Shown here: piece by piece, positions 63,254 to 64,000 of the stretch
How the letters are laid out: each line of letters starts with the position of its first letter
Position numbering within the stretch: the first letter of the stretch is position 1
Origin: Oscillospiraceae bacterium
Lineage (GTDB): Bacteria > Bacillota > Clostridia > Oscillospirales > SIG627
Direction of reading: 5' to 3'
Assembly (NCBI GenBank): GCA_015065085.1
Contig: SVQW01000007.1
Location: 991-64,990, forward strand
Length of the DNA stretch: 64,000 nucleotides
Notes under the pieces: model-generated
The model's input: the letters and a program-made list of their open reading frames with translations, nothing else
Told to the model about the DNA's origin: nothing
The model's database searches: none
Program-made: the position numbers and the translations under genes

Positions 63254-63832
63254 ATGTCAATTTTTGATAAGCTGTTTAACAAGGCTGCAAATGCCGCAAC
63301 AGGTGCTGTAAAAAGTGCCGTAAGTAACGCAGGAAACAAAAAGGAAGAGTTTACATTTGCAAAGCTCCCCGAAAGTCTTGACGAGCTTAAGGCTCTTCCG
63401 GAGGCAAAGCTTGATGATCCTTACAAGACAGCCGCGCTAACAGTAGTTGCACTTTGCGTATACGCGGCAGACAAGAACATCGGTATCGAGATGCTCAACT
63501 TCCTTAAAGGTCCGAGACCTCTTTCCAATTACGAAATCTCGTTCATTGACGACAGACTTCGTGACAAAAAGACCTACGTTCCTTTCTCTTATTTCAAAGG
63601 TGCAACACCGGAAAATGACTATACACCCGATGAGCCCTATTCTATTACTGTAGAAAGCAATCCCTACTCGGATGCAAATCAGGGTTACAAGAAGCTGATA
63701 ATCAAAAGCAGTGGTGCTGATACACCCAGAGAAGTACAGCTCAGAATGAAGGGCGACGGTCAGTGGCTTTTGTGGGAGCAGTTCTTGCTTCCCGACATCC
63801 GCAAGCCAAAATCCGCAGACCCCTGGGCATAA
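63254..63832 (+). CDS. Hypothetical protein (192 aa)
   Basis: RBS AAGGAGGAAAAATTT precedes the ATG. It is co-oriented 23 nt after the SLH gene. No family recognised. Confidence 0.6.
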   Translation: MSIFDKLFNKAANAATGAVKSAVSNAGNKKEEFTFAKLPESLDELKALPEAKLDDPYKTAALTVVALCVYAADKNIGIEMLNFLKGPRPLSNYEISFIDDRLRDKKTYVPFSYFKGATPENDYTPDEPYSITVESNPYSDANQGYKKLIIKSSGADTPREVQLRMKGDGQWLLWEQFLLPDIRKPKSADPWA

Positions 63833-63856
63833 CCTCGGATCAAAGGTGATTGATTT

Positions 63857-64000
63857 ATGAAAAGAATCGGCAATTTCTTCGCCTGCCTGCTTTTCAATAT
63901 GTTGATCAACTTAGAATGGACAATCCCGGCGTGGATTTTACTTGCAATGCACTTTATTTTCGGCTGGAAACTGCTTTGGTTCTGGATAGCACTCGGTGTC
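63857..64000 (+). CDS. Hypothetical membrane protein, N-terminal fragment (continues beyond the window)
   Basis: AAAGGTGA lies upstream of the ATG at 63857. The N-terminus is hydrophobic (FFACLLFNMLINLEWTIPAWILLAMHFIFGW), and the frame is open to the window end. Confidence 0.5.
   Translation, partial: MKRIGNFFACLLFNMLINLEWTIPAWILLAMHFIFGWKLLWFWIALGV

Overview
The window looks like part of a spore-forming, low-GC Gram-positive anaerobe (Clostridia-like). Evidence: GGAGG-type RBSs, AdhE, a trimeric [FeFe]-hydrogenase, an alpha/beta-type SASP gene and an SLH-domain surface protein.

Nt 1-40.7 kb is core genome. It holds:
- a 12-gene minus-strand operon: mdh-like, fumC, hdrBCA, an MvhD/Flx-like NADH module, a soluble FrdBA-like fumarate reductase and an AAE-family transporter;
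- a GT2 glycosyltransferase and an Fe-S aldo/keto reductase;
- feoAB with palindromic operators;
- coaX plus an ECF S-component;
- a LacI-controlled SDR/split-transketolase operon;
- ppa, a PBP5-type carboxypeptidase, a ytqA/ytqB-like pair, ogg and adhE;
- a HydABC-type hydrogenase.

At about 40.77 kb an alpha/beta SASP gene is cut off at its 5' end, about 15-20 bp from the stop codon of a large serine recombinase. Everything to the right, to the window end, is visibly more AT-rich accessory DNA. It holds:
- the recombinase, an AbiEi/AbiEii pair and a single-chain N6-adenine RM enzyme;
- a nine-gene operon of zinc-ribbon, TPM and lipoprotein genes of unknown function;
- two membrane-tethered LuxR-type regulators, an XRE regulator and an orphan solute-binding lipoprotein;
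- a 1015-aa SLH surface protein.

The zinc-ribbon operon and the SLH operon are each preceded by the same ~120-bp promoter module.

Best candidates for something undescribed:
1. The Hdr-Flx-Frd operon, a possible electron-bifurcating NADH:fumarate/ferredoxin oxidoreductase.
2. The co-regulated zinc-ribbon/TPM operon next to the defence genes, with its LuxR/SBP sensor set.
3. The SASP gene interrupted by a serine-recombinase element.
4. Two odd structured intergenic regions (464-831 and 26786-27072).

All family calls come from reading motifs by eye. No database search was run.
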